Positions 23,365 through 35,719 of a stretch of 64,000 nucleotides of DNA are shown here, piece after piece. This stretch comes from Octopus vulgaris. Lineage: Eukaryota. The notes beneath the pieces are model-generated. The model was not told the DNA's origin. It saw nothing but the letters and a program-made list of their open reading frames with translations, and did not search any database. Numbering within the stretch: the first letter of the stretch is position 1; the number at the start of each line of letters is the position of its first letter. The translations under genes and the position numbers were made by a program. The stretch spans positions 101,866,001-101,930,000 of the forward strand of contig OX597820.1 in NCBI GenBank assembly GCA_951406725.2. Reading direction: 5' to 3'.

Positions 23365-23755
23365 AACAAGCTGGCCTTCGTGCCAATGGTACGTTAAAAC
23401 ACACCATTCGAGCGTGATCGTTACCACGTCGCCTTACTAGCACTTGTGCTGGTGGCACGTGAAACATTCGAGCGAGGTCGTCGCCAGTGCTGCTGGACTG
23501 GCTCCTGTGCATGTGGTACATAAAAAGCACCATCTGGGCGTGGCTGTTGCCAGTACCACCAAACTGGCCCTCGTGCCGGTGGCATGTAAAAGCACCCACT
23601 ACACTCTCAGAGTGGTTGGCGTTAGGAAGGGCATCCAGCTGTAGAGACTGCCAGATCACAGAGGAGTCTGGTTCGCCAGACCTCAGTCAAATCATCCAAC
23701 CCATGCTAGCATGGAAAGCAGACGTTAAATGATGATGAAGATGATGGTGATGATA
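23365..23755 (+). repeat. RTE 3'-UTR repeat (family E) with several ~60-bp units
   Basis: ggtggcacgt/gtaaaagcacc units, ggttggcgttaggaagggcatcc and a (GAT)n tail. Confidence 0.8.
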
Positions 23756-24077
23756 TATGTGACTTGCTCAAGAACACAACACAGCCTAGTTCAGGAATCA
23801 AACTCATTACTTCATGATTAGGAGCCTGATGCTCTAACCACTGAACCATGGGCCTTCACATTCTATATATATATATGAACATAATCAAAAGGGTAATAAC
23901 ATAGGTTATTATTACCAGTGGCCTAGCACAAAAGACGAATTAGTCATTAGACAAAATATTATTCATATAGAAATATAATAAAAGGCTCCCAAATAAAGAA
24001 GCTTAGTGCTAGAGACACAAAGAGGGATAAATTCATGGAGAGAATGAAAATCAAAAACATTTACCATTAACGATATA

Positions 24078-24155
24078 TCCCGGACTGATTAGTTTCTACT
24101 TCTTTCTAGCAAAACAGACAGAATATATTTGCCAAGGCAAGGTTCGTCAGCGGGA
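24078..24155 (-). ncRNA. Type-I hammerhead ribozyme with canonical core
   Basis: Minus strand reads tcccg-CTGACGA-(long stem II)-GAAAC-taatca-GTC-cggga. Perfect 5-bp stem I, GUC triplet, near-palindromic stem III ACTAATCAGT. Confidence 0.75.
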
Positions 24156-24485
24156 CGCCTTCCTAATTCTAGATGCACAGAGTGTTAGAGCACATGTCGG
24201 TCTAATAATTTGTATATCTTAACTTTTCAAACTTCTGCGCAGATGCAAAATATACCCGGCAACATAGAGCATGCCGGTAAAAAATTTTACGAACAAATTT
24301 ATATATATATACAATTAAATAAGGGAAGAAATTGATTTCAATCAATTAAAACCAGTGGCCTAGCATATTTAAAAAAATCCGAAGATTAAAAATTTTTTTT
24401 ACATACAAAATTTAGAGGATTGACCACTAAAAGTGAACAGCCTGTATGCTAGATATAGACGTCAAAATCGCCATTTTCCACCATT

Positions 24486-24524
<39 letters not shown>

Positions 24525-24769
24525 GTGTCTACATATACAAACACACAAATGTAAGGGTAGTGTCCCAGTATGGTCACAGATCAAAGGATATATATGCACA
24601 CACACACACGACAATGTGAATAAATAAGCTTTACATTTGGCAGAGTAATCTGAAAACTAAAGCGTTAAACTTGATGAAGAAGGAAATGCTGCCAGACATT
24701 TTGTCTTATACTGTAAGGATTCTGCTAGCACAACAGCTTAGTAATGATGATGAGAACAATTATAATCCT

Positions 24770-25455
24770 TTCTTATTTTGGCACAAAGCCTGATATTTTG
24801 GTGAAGGGGGTTAGTTAAGTACATTGATCAAAGTACTTGACAGGAACTTATTCTGTAGCCCCTGAAAGGATGAAAGGCAAAGTCAACTTCAACAGAATTT
24901 TAACTAAGAATGTAAAGACATGAAATACCTATTTCATTACTGCCCACAAGAGGCTACACACACAGGGGACAAACAAGGACAGATAAACAGACTAAGTTGA
25001 TTATATTGACCCCAGTGCATAACTGGTACTTATTTAATCGACTACGAAAGGTAAAGTTGACCTCACCGAAATTTGAACTCAGAATGTAACGGCAGACGAA
25101 ATACGGCTACACATTTTGCCTGGCGTGGTAAAGTTTCTGCCAGCTTGCCGCCTTATGAAATATCTATTTCTTTATTACCCACAAGGGGCTAAACACAGAG
25201 GGGACAAACAAGGACAGACATAGGTATTAAGTCGATTACATCGACCCCAGTGCGTAACTGGTACTTAATTTATCGACCCCGAAAGGATGAAAGGCAAAGT
25301 CGACCTCGGCGGAATTTGAACTCACAACGTAACGCAGACGAAATACCGCTAAGCATTTCGCCCGACGTGCTAACGTTTCTGCCAGCTCCCCGCTTTATGA
25401 AATACCGTTAAGCATTTTGTCTGGTGTGCTTATGATTCTGTCAGTTCACCACTTT
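24770..25455 (-). mobile_element. Three nested family-C SINEs
   Basis: The outer copy is split, and two inner copies are delimited by atgaaata(c/t)c at 24920, 25155 and 25397. Confidence 0.8.
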
Positions 25456-25709
25456 CAATAATGAAAAAATGTTTTCTGTATTAACCACCAAGAGTTCACA
25501 AAAACATCTGGGGATGGTACAGGACATTACAACATGGGGTTACATAAAGGATTATAAAAAAAAACAACAGTAAAGTAAACTCCAACAAAAATAATTCCCC
25601 AAAACAGAGAGACTTCTAGGAGCTGCTTGTGAAAACCCACAAAACAACGATCACCAAGAATACTAGGGCAAGCTCCGTCTCCTCAATATTAATAATAATA
25701 ATAATAATA

Positions 25710-25740
<31 letters not shown>

Positions 25741-25789
25741 CGATGACGATGACGATGACAATGATGATGACGATGATGATGATGCCCTC

Positions 25790-26150
25790 AAATTTTGGCA
25801 CAAGGCCAGAAATTTCAGAGAGGGAATAAGTTGATTATATCAACCTCAGTGTTCAAATGCTACTTATTTTATTGACCCTGAAAGGATGAAAGGCAAAGTT
25901 GATCATGGCAGAACTTGAACTCAGAACATAAAGACAGACAAAATGCCCCTAAGCATTTTTACCTAGCATGTTAACGATTCTGCCAGCTTGCTGCCTTTAC
26001 TACTGATAATGGTTTTAAATTCTGGCACAGGGCCAGCAATTTTGGGGGAGGGGATAAGTTGATTACATTGACTCCAGTACTCAACTGGTACTTATTTTAC
26101 CGACCTCAAGAAGATTAAAAGACAAAGTCAATCTTGGCAGAATTTGAAAC
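25790..26150 (-). mobile_element. Two tandem family-C SINE copies
   Basis: aaattttggcacaaggccag.. starts at ~25790 and ~26017. Confidence 0.7.
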
Positions 26151-26479
26151 TAATAATAATAATGATAATAATAATAATAATATGTAAAACACTTTCAATA
26201 CCATGAAAACAACAACACCAAAACAAACCACAGCACATATCCAAGGCACACAGAGCTGTGCTCAGTTGTGCAGTGAAAGCATGCAATAAAAATAAGACTA
26301 CTGAATGATAATAACTGAAAATTAGATATCTTAATTGGACACAAAGTCATTAAAGTCCCCAGCAAGAAATGAGGCATGCCTTGAAGCCTATATTGTTTTT
26401 GTTTTTTTTAATTCCTATTTGAGAATAAAAACAAAAAGATGGAATAGCTATGTAAACAATATATCAAAGTGAAAATTGA

Positions 26480-27775
26480 CAACTTACTGTCACATTATGG
26501 TGACTATAGTAATACTAGGGCCAATGACAATAGTCATGATAATGATTGAGGTTGTAATATAAGTCTATTACAGTAGTAATAACAACCAATCATGGCGGTG
26601 TCCATGGGGATAATTACGGACATCATTAAGGTGATAAATTTATGTTGTTAAAATACTGATAGCAGTGGTGGTAGTGGTGATGGTATTAGTGATGTTGGTG
26701 GTGGTGTTAGATATGGTAGTGTTGATAATTACCATGCTCATTAGAGTATTAATAATGACATTGAACTTGATGGCTATGATGATGGTGGTAATGATGACGA
26801 TGATTGCAGAAGTGATCAAACCAAATTTGAAAATGATAATGACTGTACTTATAATAATGATGTTGGCGGAGATAGTTAATGAGATGTAGACTGCCACAAT
26901 CTCCATCCACTGTTGCTATCAACAGCCAATAGTTACTAAGATATTGATGATGATGAAGCGAGAGAGAGAGAGAGGGAGAGAGAGAGAGAGAGTGAAAACC
27001 AGTAAGATGTTGTTGGTGATGACAGTGACATCTGGTGAAATGCTGAGGATCATGATGACAGAGGGAGCTGGGGAGATGTTGATGATGATGACAGACAGCT
27101 ACAGAAGAATTGATGGTGATGACAGAGAAGCCGGTAAAATGTTAGTGATGACAGTGACAGCTGGTGAGATGTTGGTGGGAATAACAGACATACCTGCTGA
27201 GGTGATGATGATGAGAGAGAGACGACTAATCAGGTGAAGATGACGGTGGTGATGACAACAATAGTGAGATATTAATGAGAACGACAGGTATCTGGTAAGA
27301 TGGTGGTTGTGATGACAGTGAATACTGGTGAGGTATTGATGGTCATGATAGACATATCTACTGAATGATGAAGATGATAACAGTGATAACTACGAGGTGA
27401 TGGTGAAGACAATGATAGTAGGTGTGAAATGTTAATGGGGATGACCGAGATATCTGGTAAGATGGTGGTTATGATGACAGCGACAGCTGGTGAGGTGTTG
27501 GTGATTATGATAAACATATCTGAGGTGATGGCTATGGTGATGATGACAATGATTAGTAGGTGTGAGATGTTAGTGGGGATGACAGAGATAGAAGGTAAGA
27601 TGCTTACGGAGGGGTTTGTGATGATGACAGATGGTTACAGGAGCAGGTAGTAATGATAGAAAAACATATTGAGATATTGACAGTGATGACAGTGACTCGT
27701 ACTAAAGTGGTGTTGGTGATGACAGAATAGCAGATGAGGAGCTGATAGTGATGACAGAGATAGTTGGTAACATGT
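26480..27775. repeat. Long degenerate GAT/GGT minisatellite (gatgacag..gctggtgagatgttg units)
   Basis: Low-complexity and strand-biased, with an internal ~160-bp duplication (27290-27445 vs 27450-27605). Confidence 0.8.
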
Positions 27776-27777
27776 TG

Positions 27778-29304
27778 GAATTCAAGACAGGTTGCTCCTA
27801 AGAGCTCCTCTATGCTGATGACCTTGCTCTCATAGCAGAATCACTACCAGAACTTGATAAGAAATTTTAGTTGTGGAAGAAAGGTTTAGAATCAAAGTGC
27901 CTTAAAGTCAATGTAGCAAAATCCAAAGTTCTAGTAATAGGAAGGCGAACACATCACAAACCCCTTCAGGTAGATAGCCCTGCTTGATCTGTAGAAAAGG
28001 TATAGCTAGAAACTCCGTAAGATGTACACAATGTAAGCTATGGACACATAAGAGGTGCAGCAACATCAAAGGATGGTTAACCAGGAAAAGAGCTTTCGTG
28101 TGTGACAGATGCACAGGGGCAGTAAACACTGCAGATGTTCAGAAAACTGATTCCATCACATGCCAGGGGGAGACACTAGAAGTAGTTGGTAGCTTCCACT
28201 ATCTGGGTGACCAAGTCTGCAGCAAGGGTGGATGCTCGGAGACTGTTGCCACTCGAATAAGAACAGCCTGGGCAAAGTTCAGAAAGCTCCTACCCCTACT
28301 GGTGACAAAGGGCCTCTTGCTCAGAGTGAAAGGTAGATTGTATGATGCATGTGTACAAACTGCCATGCTACATGGCAGTGAAACATGGGCAGTGATTACT
28401 GAAGACATGCCTAAGCTCAAAACAAATGAAGCTAGTATGATCTACTGGATGGGTAATGTCAGTGTGCACACACAACAGAGTGTAAGCACCCTGAGAGAAA
28501 TGTTGGACATAAGCATCAGATGAGGTGTGGTCATGTGCTGCATATGGGTGAGGAGAGCTGTGTGAAGAAGTGCCACTCCCTAACAGTGGAAGGAACCTGT
28601 GGAAGAGGGAGGCCCAGGAAGACATGGAATGAGGTGGTGAAGCACGACCTTCGAACATTGGGCCTCACAGAGGCAATGACGAAAGACCGAGACCTCTGGA
28701 GATATGCTGTGATTGAGAAGACCCGGCAAGTAAAGTGATATCACAGCCACAGCCTGCACCAGTGTCGCATAACCAGCCCACTTAAAAATGACCTTTGGAT
28801 CATCGGGTGACATGCCGTGCTTAAGGAGACCTATTGAGTCAAGTAAATCAAAATCAAAGCAAATCAAATAGAAATTGTTATTGTGCCCAATGCCAGTGTT
28901 GCCTGACTGGTTCCCGTGCTGGTGACATGCAATAAGCACCATTCATACATGGGTCATTGCCAGTGCTGCCTGTCTGGCTCCCCAAGCTGGTGGCGAGTAA
29001 GAAGCACCATCCGAACATGGTTGATGCCAGCCCCACTGCCCCAAATTGATCATGTACCAGTGGCATGTAAAAGGCACCATCCAAATGTGGCCGATGCCAG
29101 TACAGTCTGACTGGCTCCCATGCCAGTGGCATGTAAAAAGCGCCCACTACACTCTCAGAGTGGTTGGTGTTAGGAAGGGTATCCAGCTGTAGAAACCATG
29201 CCGGATCAGATTGGAGCCTGATGCAGCCTCCTGGCTTGCCAGTCCCCACTCAAACTGTCCAACCCATGCCAGCATGGAAAGTAGACATTAAACAATGATG
29301 ATGA
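27778..29304 (+). mobile_element. 5'-truncated RTE-clade LINE including its 3' UTR and (GAT)n tail
   Basis: ELLYADDLALIAES, LKVNVAKSKV, a PHD-like C4HC3, FHYLGD, AMLHGSETW, GRGRPRKTW, DRDLWR. Contains stops and frameshifts. Confidence 0.9.
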
Positions 29305-29389
29305 TACATACATACATATATAAATATATATTTATATATATACACACACACAAACACACACATATATATACACACACACATATACATAC

Positions 29390-29432
<43 letters not shown>

Positions 29433-30024
29433 CACATACCTCATTTACATACATAAATACACATACATGGAGATATATATAAGTATATATACATACATAT
29501 ATACATATACATGCATATCTATATAAACATGCTTACACACACACACACTCATACTCATGTATGTATCAAGCAGCTTTGCATAAGTTGAAATAGATAATCT
29601 ACTTAAATAAAGGATTCTAATTGAAGAGCATTCCAATTTCGGAAAATAGATTTTAGAGGCTTTCTTTGAATATTTTAGTACTTATTTAAAATTGACAGAC
29701 ACATACGTGTCTTATGAGTACATGTCTCCGCAAGAGTTTCTGCACGTCACAATGTACTTGTATACTTGCACAGATGGAAAGCAGCATGATTATGCATAGA
29801 TTTCTCCATATGCTTGCATATAAGCAAGCAACCATTTATGTCAGTGTGCATGCATTTATAACATTTAACTTGAAAAAAGGGGAATTAGAAGTTAACAATG
29901 TCTGGGATACAAAAAAAAATGGAGGAAAAAAGCATAAAGCAAATCAGAATTTGCAAATTTTATTGAAGTTTATTACAAATTATCAAATAAATTGATTTTA
30001 ATTTTTGTTTTATTTTCTTCTATA

Positions 30025-30410
30025 GGTGCAGGAGTAGCTGTGCGGTAAGTAGCTTGCTTACCAACCACATGGTTCCGGGTTCAGTCCCACTGCGTGGTAC
30101 CTTGAGCAAGTGTCTGTTACTATAGCCTCGGGCCGACCAAAGCCTTGTGAGTGGATTTGGTAGACGGAAACTGAAAGAAGCCTGTCATATATATATATAT
30201 ATATGTGTGTGTGTGTATTTATGTGTCTGTCCCTCACCCCCTCCAACACCGATGCTGGTGTGTTTACATCATCGTAAATTAGCAGTTCAGCAAAAGAGAC
30301 CGATAGAATAAGTACTAGGCTTACAAAGAGTAAGTCCTGGGGTCGATTTCCTCGACTAAAAGCAACTCCAGCATGGCCACAGTCAAATGACTGAAACAAG
30401 TAAAAGAGAG
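30025..30410 (+). mobile_element. SINE family A
   Basis: Full copy with head, microsatellite and tail. Confidence 0.85.
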
Positions 30411-30464
30411 TATACTGTTTTTGTGGAGGCTGTTAACAATTTTTATTTAGAATTTTGTATCTTT

Positions 30465-30820
30465 TGTCTTTTACTTGTTCCAGTCATTAGACTGTGGCCA
30501 TGCTGGGGCACTGCCTTGAAGAATTTTTATTTGAATGAATCAACCCCAGAACTTTTTTTTTAAAGACTGGTACTTACTCTATCGATATCTTGTGGTGAAC
30601 AGTTACGTTACAGGGATGTAAACACACAAACACTGGTGGTGGATAACAAACACATGCATGACAGGTATTTTCAGTTTCCATCTACCAAATCCACTCACTA
30701 AGCTTTGGTCGACCTGAGGCTATGATAAAAGACACTTGCCCAAGGTGCCATGCAATGGGACTGAACCGGGAACCATATGGTTGGGAAGCATGCTTCTTTC
30801 CACACAGCCATGCTTACACC
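30465..30820 (-). mobile_element. SINE family A, older copy, tail-to-tail with 30025-30410
   Basis: Reverse-complement similarity to the adjacent copy. Confidence 0.75.
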
Positions 30821-30829
30821 TATATGTCT

Positions 30830-30873
<44 letters not shown>

Positions 30874-30959
30874 CAGTAGACAAAGAATAAACGTTTATTT
30901 TTCTTTTTAATCTACCTAAAAATCCAGTGACCAGTAAACATTATATGATACAGCCATCG

Positions 30960-31360
30960 ATCTTCTCCACCCAGTATTCCTGGGAGTCAAGGGAGTGAAA
31001 TCTTCAGGCATCATCTCTATAAGGTTCTACAAGAGGCAACAGTCATAATTTCAGGTTGGATTCCCAAATGTGACCGACACAGTTTATAGATATAATCTTG
31101 TTCTTGGTCTATCCCTAGGTCTCTTATTGGTTGGCTCAACTTGAAGCATATATCTTTGTGATTCTTTCCTGTAATATTCTAATTACTTGTCTGTAGTACC
31201 AGATCTGTGACCTCACAATGTGGAAAGGAAGTAGCTTGACCTGAAGAGACACCATGATTTCCAAGCTGTACACTTAGTCAAGTAAATTTGCTCCAGAGAT
31301 TCTTCAGAAGAACCCCATTTTGGCCACTTGTATTTTTGAGCATTCTCTTTTGGTCATTAC
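30960..31360 (-). mobile_element. Decayed RTE LINE 3' fragment
   Basis: RSQIWYYRQVIRILQERI...EPTNKRPRDRPRTR on the minus strand. Confidence 0.6.
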
Positions 31361-31629
31361 TCGATATTCATAATATAAGCAAAGAATTTCCTGAAGTTGA
31401 CTTTGTCTTTTACTCCTCTGAGTTTGATAAAATGAAATACCAATCAATTAAGAGATCTCCCAAAGATCTCAAGTTTTGTGCGTGCATTAAAATCTTAAGG
31501 GTAACAAATTGGTAGAATCATGAGAGCAGTGGATTAAATGCTTTGTGGTATTTAGTTATGACTTGTATGTGCAAATCCCTTCAAGGTTGACTTTGTGTTA
31601 AAGAGTTGATAAAATAAAGAATTTTCAGC

Positions 31630-31880
31630 CATCAATAGCTGATGACACTCTAGAAGGCTTATGTGGGACCCACAGTGGAGTACTACTCTTACAGCTGGAA
31701 TGGTTCCACTTTTATGCCCACTGACATCCTGGAGTGCATCCAGTGTAGGACAACTTACTGATTGGCAATTCATCATTGATGGACATATTTCAGCCTCTGG
31801 CCCACAGGTGTGATGTCAACTCTTGGAGCTGGCTTGTCTTGCACCTCCACCATCTCTTCTGTTGTTATCATAATGGCCTC
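31630..31880 (+). mobile_element. CR1/L2 (Jockey-group) LINE fragment
   Basis: TL*KAYVGPTVEYYSYSW...ILECIQ...LIGN...FQPLAHRCDV. Confidence 0.55.
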
Positions 31881-31894
31881 TACAATGAATCTAT

Positions 31895-32370
31895 ATGTAT
31901 CAGGAGATATTATCTATGAATTTGCCTAAAGTTGTCAGGAGAATATTAACTCTGTGTCTCTAGAGAACAAGTGTTATCAGCACTAGAACAAGTGTTATCA
32001 AGAGAATATCAATACAGTATTTGAAGCTGTCAGAAGATATTAGCACTGAATCTAAAGATATCAGGATATATCACCATTGTAGCAATCTTATCAGAAGATA
32101 TTAACACCTCATACAAAGCTCTCAAGTAATAACAATGCTATTGGTAAAGCTATCATATATCAGTTTTGAAGCTTAAGATATCTGGATATATCAAAAGTAT
32201 AGCTAAATATGAGAAATCAGTACTGTTTGTAAAGGTATCAAATAAAGATAGGATTATATTTAAAACTATAAGCACTGTGTCTAAAGAAGTTGTAGGTAAA
32301 GTTGATAAAGTGATATCTCAATGCTATCTGACACTATAAAGGTATAATCATTCTTGAGAGATATCAATAT
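31895..32370. repeat. Degenerate ~31-bp tandem repeat (tctaaagctatcaggagatatcaacactg-like)
   Basis: Recurrent aaag.tatcagga.atat.a.cac motifs at about 30-bp spacing. Confidence 0.55.
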
Positions 32371-32574
32371 AAACACAAATATCACACATATACATTTATA
32401 TAAGAAAACCAAGCAATTACATCACCATATATAGATGACAGTTATCTTTCCAACCTCAAATAAAAGAACCCGAGTTAGATACAGTTTACCATAATAGCAA
32501 AAGCAAGATGTATATTGGTGAAAGATGTAAACAACAATGATAAAAAATAAAAAAAACAAACAAGGAATTTCAAA

Positions 32575-32994
32575 ACTCTTTTACTCTCTTTTACTCTACT
32601 CTTTTACTTGTTTCTGTCATTTGACTGCAGCCATGCTGGAGCACCGTCTTTAGTCGATCAAATCGACCCCGGGACTTATTCTTTGTAAGCCCAGTACTTA
32701 TGCTATCGGTCTCTTTTGCCGAACCGCTAAGTGACGGGGACGTAAACACACCAGCATCGGTTGTCAAGCAATGCTAGGGGGACAAACACAGACACACAAA
32801 CCCACACACACACACATATATACATATATACGACAGGCTTTTTTTCAGTTTCCGTCTACCAAATCCACTCACAAGGCATTGGTCGGCCCGGGGCTATAGT
32901 AGAAGACACTTGCCCAAGATGCCACGCAGTGGGACTGAACCCGGAACCATGTGGTCGGTTAGCAAGCTACTTACCACACAGCCACTCCTGCGCC
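32575..32994 (-). mobile_element. SINE family A, young copy
   Basis: Near identical to 38558-38968 and 40117-40523; CpGs retained. Confidence 0.9.
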
Positions 32995-33466
32995 TATGAA
33001 TTATTTGTTCAGCATGGGTTTACTATCACTCACACCATTAGAAATTCAATGAATAATCAATTGGCCAATTAGAAACCTATGACCAATGATACTGCTATTT
33101 GCCAAGTATAATGATGATGATGATGATGATTATCATCATCATAACCTCCCTCACTCCTCATCGTCTTAACGTCCACTTTTCCATGTTTGCATGGCTGAGA
33201 CAGAATTTCTCAACGGATTTTCTAACGCTGGATTTTTCTCTGTTGCCAATTGTCAACTGTTTCCAAGCAAGGTAATATTTCCCCATTACCAAACAAGTTT
33301 TCCCTGAAAGACTAGAAACAGACAACACTTGTTTATAACCATCATGTGATGTCAAGAGACAAATGCACACACACAGAAGACACTTGTCCTAAGTGCTGTG
33401 CAGTAAAGCTGAACTTCAGACCACATGGCTTCTTCACCACACAGTCATATGCCTGTGTATGTGTAT

Positions 33467-33900
33467 GTCATCATCATCATCATCATTGTTTAACATCCGC
33501 TTTCCATGCTAGCATGGGTTGGATGATTTGACTGAGGTCTGGCGAACCAGATGGCTGCACCAAACTCCAATCTGATCTGGCAGAGTTTTCTACAGCTGGA
33601 TGCCCTTCCTAACGCCAACCACTCTGAGAGTGTAGTGGGTGATTTTATGTGCCACCGGCATGAGGGCCAGTCAGGTGGTACTGGCAGTGGCCATGCTCAA
33701 ATGGTGCTCTATATGTGCCACCTGCACAGGAGCCAGTCCAGCAGTACTGGCAACGACTTCGCTCGAATGTTTTTTCACGTGCCACCAGCAGAAGTGCCAG
33801 TAAGGCGACACAGGTAACGATCATGCTCGAATGGTGCTTTTTACGTGCCATTGGCACAGAGGCCAGCTTGTTGCTCTGGCAACGATTATGCTCATATGGT
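33467..33900 (-). repeat. RTE 3'-UTR repeat (family E)
   Basis: Reverse complement of 23365-23755. Confidence 0.8.
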
Positions 33901-34887
33901 ATGTATGTATGTTTATGAATGTATGCCTATGTGTGTTTGTATATTTGTATGAAGAGCTTCTTTCAGTTTCAGTCAACCAGATATAATCACAAGGCTTTGG
34001 TCAGCAGCGGGCACAGTAAAAAGCATTTATTCAATGTGCTGCACATTGGGACTGAAACTGAAACCATATGATTGGAAAGGAAGCTTCTTAACCACACAGC
34101 CATGCCTGCACCTAATATAGTATGCAAGTTATTCATCTAAATTGCATTCAAAATTTTACCTCAATTAAGGACATAACATTCTAATGAGATAGAAATTCAA
34201 TTAAAGAATTATTTCTGGCATAAACCATGAAATCTAAATTTTTGTAATATATTTATTTCATTTTAAAGAGAAAAACAAAAAGATCTTCAATGTACAAGAC
34301 AAACTGCAGCAAAATAGTGTAAAGAATTCGGAGTGACACAATGGACTAGCAAAGGCACGTGTCCTATCGGTTAGGCTGTTTCTAGATTGTGGGTTTGATT
34401 CCTTGATTGGGCGGCGCATTGTGGTCTTGAACAAAACACTCCATTTCACATTGTTCTAGTCCTCCTTTCAATCAAGGGTGGGGGGGAGAGAATGTTGGCC
34501 TACTTTCCTAGTCAGCAGGATGACATCATTTGAAGAATAAAACAATGCAAAACACATTGTGATCAGTGATGTGTAACAACATTTGATAGCTGGTCGGTCT
34601 TGTGATCACGTGATAATGGGCTAAGAACTCACCATAAACCACCTATAGTATCTTTTTACCTTTTACTAGTTCCACTTGTTGGACTGCAGCCATGCTGGGG
34701 CACCACTTAGAAGGATTTAGTTGAATGAATCAACACCAGTACTTTTTTTAAGCCTGGTCCTTACTTCATTTGATCTCTTTTTGACAAACTGCTAAGTTAC
34801 ATGAACATAAACAAACCAACACTGGTTGTCAAATGGTGGAGGGAGATGAACACAAAGACGCATATACATATACAATACACACATACA

Positions 34888-34922
<35 letters not shown>

Positions 34923-35719
34923 AAGACTTCTTTCAGTTTACGTCCACCAAATCCACTCAGAAGGCTTTGGTCGGTCTGGGGCTATAGAAGACACTTGGCC
35001 AAGTTGCCATGCAGTGGGATTGAACCTGAAACCAAATAGATGGGAAGCAAACAGCCACGCCTGCGCTTCACATGGTGCACATCATCTAAAATCAATTTTT
35101 GTTTTTACAATACATTATTGCTGTTTGTTAACGACCACTATTTAGTACTTAATTCTAATTGTTACTTGAAAAAAACAAAAACAAAAAAAACAATTAATTA
35201 ATATAAACAGAAATTTTATTAAAACTATTAACATTTAATATTTGTATACAATTTAATTTTGAATGAGATTATTTCAGCTTTTAGAAATACTCTTTGTTTT
35301 AATTCTTCACAAAAAGAAAAAGAAAAGAAAAATAGCTCATGTAATTAATTAACTTCCTAATTCATGAGTACATTTGTTTGTTTTCTTGAATATTTAATAA
35401 TAACTTCTTGATTCACGGAAAATTGACAAAATCATTCTTAGTGTCATAGAATTTCAAATGTCTTGCTACAAGGAATCATACTGAGAGGAAGAATGACATG
35501 ATTTAAAAGTTGATAGCAGAGAGGCGGAAATGGCAGAGTATTAAACCAGAAGTCTTCTAGTGTTTGCTTATGTTTCTTTGTTTTCTGTGGTTGATTTTAC
35601 TTTACATCCTCCTATGAGAAATAAAACAAGTACCAATCAAATACTGATGTTGATTAAATCAATTATGCTCTTTCTCTGAATCTGTACTCTTGTGCCAAAA
35701 CTAAGAAATTATTTAACGT

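Noticed and set aside
26640-27650. Hydrophobic M/V/I/T-rich ORFs that look like membrane proteins
   Set aside because: Translations of a trinucleotide-derived minisatellite.
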